The notes below the pieces were generated by a model, which saw only the letters and a program-made list of their open reading frames with translations, did no database searches and had not been told where the DNA came from. The translations under genes and the position numbers were made by a program. DNA of 64,000 bases. It comes from Planctomycetota bacterium. GTDB lineage: Bacteria > Planctomycetota > B15-G4. How positions within the stretch are numbered: the first letter of the stretch is position 1; the number at the start of each line of letters is the position of its first letter. The DNA is taken from contig JBBQUR010000005.1 in assembly GCA_038212275.1 (NCBI GenBank), positions 138,911 through 202,910 on the forward strand, given 5' to 3'. This document shows, piece by piece, positions 60,266 through 64,000 of the stretch.

Positions 60266-62614
60266 TCAGTTGGCCTTCGACTTCGGCGCGAGCAGGACCT
60301 CGCGTCCCACGAGGTACAGGGCCAGCATGATGGCGACGAAGGGGAGGCAGGACAGCAGGTCCGCGTTCGGACCCTCGACGAAGGGATTGCTCTTCGAGAT
60401 CGCCTCGAGCTTGTCGTTGAACTCCTGCATGAAGGGCACGCCGGCCATGAAGGCGATGAGAATGCCGGCGATCGCGCCGCCCGCGATGTAGCCGGAGGCC
60501 ATGAGCACGCCGGGGCTCTTGTCGCCCTCGGCGACGAGCTGGTCCTCGGTCATGTCCTTGCCGCGGTGCTTCTTGCGGATGTATTTGTCGACGAGCCAGC
60601 GGATCATGCCGCCCAGGAAGATGGGGCTGGACGAGGAGAGCGGCAGGTACACGCCGACGGCGAAGGCCAGCGACGAGATGCCCGACATCTCCAGCGTGAG
60701 CGCGATCATCACGCCCAGCAGCACGAGGCCCCACGGGAGCTGCCGGTTCAGGATGCCCTTGATGATGTAGGACATCAGGGTGGCCTTCGGCGCGTCGAAC
60801 TTCGTGACCTTGTGCAGGCCGTCCGCGGTGTAGTGATGCGTGCCGTTGATGCCCGGGTCCACGAGGAACTGCGGGGTGCCCGAGTCGTCCACGAGATACT
60901 TCACGGCCGTCGCGCCGTTCGACTCCACGTCCTGGTGGACGAGGTAGTCGCGGCCCTCGTAGCTCTCGCGGGTCGTCATCGAGGCGACGTCGAAGTGCAG
61001 GTCGGCGGGCCAGTTCTCGACGGAGGTCAGCGTCTCGGTGCCGTTGACGGTCACGGGCTCCTGGCTGATGCGGGGGACGAACACGGTGGCGGACGTGTTG
61101 AGCGTGAGCAGGATGGGCCCGAGCACGAGCGCGGAGGCCAGGGCGCCGAGGAGGATCGCGATCTGCTGGGCGCCCGGCGTCGCGCCGACGAGGAAGCCCG
61201 TCTTCAGGTCCTGCGAGGTCGTGCCGCCGTTGCTGGACGCGATGCACACGATGGCGCCGATCGAGAGCGCGGTGACGTAGTAGGCGGAGCCCGTCCAGCC
61301 GATGGCGAGGAAGGCCAGGCAGGTGACGAGCAGCGTCGCGACCGTCATCCCCGAGATGGGGTTGGAGGACGAACCGATCTCGCCGGTCAGCCGCGAGGAC
61401 ACTGTGACGAACAGGAAGCCCAGCACCACGATGAGGATCGAGGCGACGATGCGCGCCATCGCGCCCGTGCCGCCGACGTAGAGCGGGTCGGCCACCGCGA
61501 TCACGGCGACCAGCGCGAAGCACCCGGCGAGCACGACCTTCATCGAGAGGTCGCGGTCCGTGCGGAGCTGGCCGACGCGTGCCGCCGCGCCGCCACGGAA
61601 ATCCTTGAGGCCCTCGCGCAGTCCGTGCCAGATCGTCGGCATGGAGCGCAGCAGGCTGATGATGCCGCCCGCGGCCACCGCGCCGGCGCCGATGTACAGG
61701 ATGTAGGCCGAGCGGATCTGGCCCGGCGACATGTCCTTGATGAGGCGCGTCGTCTCGGGCGCGAGCGGCGCGAGCAGGCCCTCGCCGAAGAACTTGATGG
61801 CCGGGATGAGCACCAGGTAGGCGAGCACGCCGCCGGCGCACATGATCGACGCGATGCGCGGCCCGATGATGTAACCCACGCCGAGCAGCTCCGGCGAGAT
61901 CTCCGCCGACACCGAACCGGCCGCGAAGGGCTTTCCGAAGATCTTCTCCGGCGTGTCCTTCCAGCCGCGGAAGGCGACATTCAGCGCCTTGTAGACCAGG
62001 CCGATGCCGAAGCCCGCGAAGATCGTCTTGGCGCTGGTGGCCTGGCCGCCAAGCTTGGCGATCTCGGCCCTGGCGGACGCGGAGGCTGCGGCGACGGACT
62101 CCTCGGACGCGCCCGCCTTCAGCACCTCGGCGCAGGCGGTGCCTTCCGGGTACTTGAGAATGCCGTGCTGCTGCACGATGAGCGCGCGACGCAGCGGAAT
62201 CATCATGAGGATGCCGAGCAGGCCGCCGAGCACCCCGACGAGCAGGACGCGCGTCACCTCGAGGTCGAAGCCCAGGATCATGATGGCCGGCATCGTGACG
62301 CCGATGCCGAAGGCGATGGACTCGCCGGCCGAGCCGGCCGTCTGCACGATGTTGTTCTCGAGGATCGTGGCGTCCTTGAAGCCGAACTTCGAGAACAGCC
62401 GGAACAGCGTGATCGAGATGACGGCCACCGGGATGGAGGCGCTCACGGTCAGGCCGACCTTCAGCACGAGGTAGAGCGAGGACGCTCCGAAGACCATGCC
62501 GAGCAGCGTGCCGACGACCAGCGGCATGAGCGTCAGCTCGCGCATGTTGGTCGTCGCGGGGATGTAGGAGTCGAACCCCTTGTCGCGCGTCACGGGAGGC
62601 TGCGATCCGGTCAT
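60266..62614 (-). CDS. OPT family oligopeptide transporter
   Basis: LKVGLTVSASIP, ENNIVQTAGSAGES, YPEGTACAEVL, SSNPISG, QDLKTGFLVGATP, APKATLM, FAVGVYLP. Confidence 0.95.
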   Translation of the reverse strand: MTGSQPPVTRDKGFDSYIPATTNMRELTLMPLVVGTLLGMVFGASSLYLVLKVGLTVSASIPVAVISITLFRLFSKFGFKDATILENNIVQTAGSAGESIAFGIGVTMPAIMILGFDLEVTRVLLVGVLGGLLGILMMIPLRRALIVQQHGILKYPEGTACAEVLKAGASEESVAAASASARAEIAKLGGQATSAKTIFAGFGIGLVYKALNVAFRGWKDTPEKIFGKPFAAGSVSAEISPELLGVGYIIGPRIASIMCAGGVLAYLVLIPAIKFFGEGLLAPLAPETTRLIKDMSPGQIRSAYILYIGAGAVAAGGIISLLRSMPTIWHGLREGLKDFRGGAAARVGQLRTDRDLSMKVVLAGCFALVAVIAVADPLYVGGTGAMARIVASILIVVLGFLFVTVSSRLTGEIGSSSNPISGMTVATLLVTCLAFLAIGWTGSAYYVTALSIGAIVCIASSNGGTTSQDLKTGFLVGATPGAQQIAILLGALASALVLGPILLTLNTSATVFVPRISQEPVTVNGTETLTSVENWPADLHFDVASMTTRESYEGRDYLVHQDVESNGATAVKYLVDDSGTPQFLVDPGINGTHHYTADGLHKVTKFDAPKATLMSYIIKGILNRQLPWGLVLLGVMIALTLEMSGISSLAFAVGVYLPLSSSSPIFLGGMIRWLVDKYIRKKHRGKDMTEDQLVAEGDKSPGVLMASGYIAGGAIAGILIAFMAGVPFMQEFNDKLEAISKSNPFVEGPNADLLSCLPFVAIMLALYLVGREVLLAPKSKAN

Positions 62615-62912
62615 CTGGGAACCTCCGCTGAGGGGCCGTTCCGTCTGTGGGAGGCCTCGCTGCCCGAGGCCGCCTCACGACCGGAAGCTGCGTGACTCAT
62701 GGGGCAGGACGGTATCCGCGGCCAAGGGTCGCCACAACCTCGAAGCTGTCGACGGCCGCCCGACGGCGGGCCGGGGGGCTCACTTCGTCGTGTGCCGGCC
62801 CGCCTCCCGGCGCCTTCGGCCGGGCGGCTGCAGCCGGCGTTCGGGCTCGCGGTGCAACAGGCGGCGGATTCGACGATACAGGTCCGCTCCTACCCTTCCA
62901 CGGAGAGAAACC

Positions 62913-63455
62913 ATGCGCATGACCACACCCCTCATCACGCTCGCGCTCGGCGGCCTGCTCGTCGGCGCCACGCTGCTTGCCCAGGACGCCGGTATGGAGA
63001 TGCCACATCCCACCGCGGAGCACGCGATGCTCAAGGAGCGCGTCGGCACCTGGGATGCGGCCTTCAAGATGCAGATGGGTCCCGGACAGGAAGCCCAGGA
63101 CAAGGGCACGATGACCTACTCGATGCTCGGCGACTTCTGGCTCGTCGGCGACTACGCGGGCCACTTCATGGGCAGCCCCTTCAGCGGCCACGAAATGACG
63201 ACCTTCGATCCGGCCACCAAGCAGCTCGTGACTTACTGGTTCGACTCCATGAGCCCGGCCGCCACGGTGTCGAAGGGCAGCTGGGATGCCGCGACGAAGA
63301 CGGCGACTCAGGTGTCGGTCGAGGTCGACCCGATGTCGGGCGTGAAGAACACCCTCAGGACCGTGCTCTCCGACGCGAACACCATGAAGTTCTCGTCCAC
63401 GCCGGAAGGCGCGCCTGCACCGATGATGGAGATCACGTACACGCGCAGGAAGTGA
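62913..63455 (+). CDS. DUF1579 family exported protein
   Basis: Signal peptide, P.PTAEH..L...VGTW, PFSG....FDP, WFDSM, MEITYTR. SD GGAG. Confidence 0.8.
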   Translation: MRMTTPLITLALGGLLVGATLLAQDAGMEMPHPTAEHAMLKERVGTWDAAFKMQMGPGQEAQDKGTMTYSMLGDFWLVGDYAGHFMGSPFSGHEMTTFDPATKQLVTYWFDSMSPAATVSKGSWDAATKTATQVSVEVDPMSGVKNTLRTVLSDANTMKFSSTPEGAPAPMMEITYTRRK

Positions 63456-63460
63456 GGGCA

Positions 63461-63525
63461 TCGCGCGACCAGCTCGCGCGACCAGCTCGGACGATCACGT
63501 CGGACGATCACGTCGCGCGATCGGC
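63461..63525. repeat. Five 13-bp units starting TCGNNCGA between convergent genes
   Basis: tcgcgcgaccagc x2, tcggacgatcacg x2, tcgcgcgatcggc. Confidence 0.85.
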
Positions 63526-63531
63526 GCGCCG

Positions 63532-64000
63532 TCAGACGCCGTATCGCGCGAGGTAGCCGTCCAGGTCGAACTTGCGGGCCGTGTTCGCGCTGCTCATCCA
63601 GCGCACCGTGCCGAAGGCGGTGCGCTCCGGCGCCCAGGGGCGGTCGTAGCGGCCGAAGCACCAGAAGATGCCGCTGCAGCTGTTGGGGTCGCGGCCGTCC
63701 AGTGCCCAGCGATTGTTCAGCTCGAGCAACCACTGCGCCGCCTGCCGCGGCGACTTCGTCCACTCGATGACCTTCTTGCCCCAGAGCATGCGCAGGTAGT
63801 TGTGGATGCGACCCTCGGTCAGCAACTGCCGCTGCGCCGCGTTCCACAGCGGATCGTGCGTTGCGGCCGCGGTGAATTGCTCCAGCGTGTAGACGCGTTC
63901 ACGCTGGTCGGTGGCGTGCTTGTCCAGCGTGGCGCGGGCCCAGTCCGGCAGGCTCTCGTAGGTGTCGAAGTCGGGCCGCTGCCAGGCCATGTTGAAACCC
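63532..64000 (-). CDS. phrB: Class II CPD DNA photolyase, C-terminal part (5' end outside the window)
   Basis: THDPLWNAAQ, GRIHNYLRMLWGKKVIEW, DGRDPNS, FG.YDRPW, FGTVRWMS. Confidence 0.93.
   Translation of the reverse strand, partial: GFNMAWQRPDFDTYESLPDWARATLDKHATDQRERVYTLEQFTAAATHDPLWNAAQRQLLTEGRIHNYLRMLWGKKVIEWTKSPRQAAQWLLELNNRWALDGRDPNSCSGIFWCFGRYDRPWAPERTAFGTVRWMSSANTARKFDLDGYLARYGV

Noticed and set aside
62615-62912. Largest intergenic gap, examined for a tRNA or riboswitch
   Set aside because: No cloverleaf or recognisable aptamer motif. It is adequately explained as a divergent promoter region.

Overview
A very GC-rich, gene-dense bacterial window holding about 50 protein-coding genes. 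The TIGR02999-type ECF sigma factor with Ser/Thr kinases, the sulfatase and the FG-GAP exoprotein suggest Planctomycetota (inference). I saw no tRNA, rRNA, CRISPR array, transposase or integrase. Housekeeping and metabolic genes include GDPD, MATE, an extracellular nuclease, transaldolase, an SDR, hrpB, RimK, glgA, hppA, rsfS, a CysQ-like phosphatase, an OPT transporter and a class II photolyase. Two larger loci stand out. The first is a signalling locus (12.5-19.4 kb) with two Ser/Thr kinases, a Tat-exported ankyrin protein and a phosphorylation-type ECF sigma factor. The second is a 15.5-kb surface-glycan locus (39.4-54.9 kb) with a flippase, three GT4s, a PHP lipoprotein, an FHA protein, a PilH/PilI/PilG-like ABC trio, a GT-C enzyme and an O-antigen-ligase/TPR protein, which may be a protein-glycosylation system. 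Other unusual observations: a chimeric RNase HII/HIII with a repeat linker and an unknown C-terminal domain; an NTT-like transporter coupled to a signal-peptide-bearing Rossmann enzyme; at least seven genes that look leaderless; a candidate C-terminal sorting domain; and many short tandem duplications. All calls come from reading motifs by eye, with no database searches.
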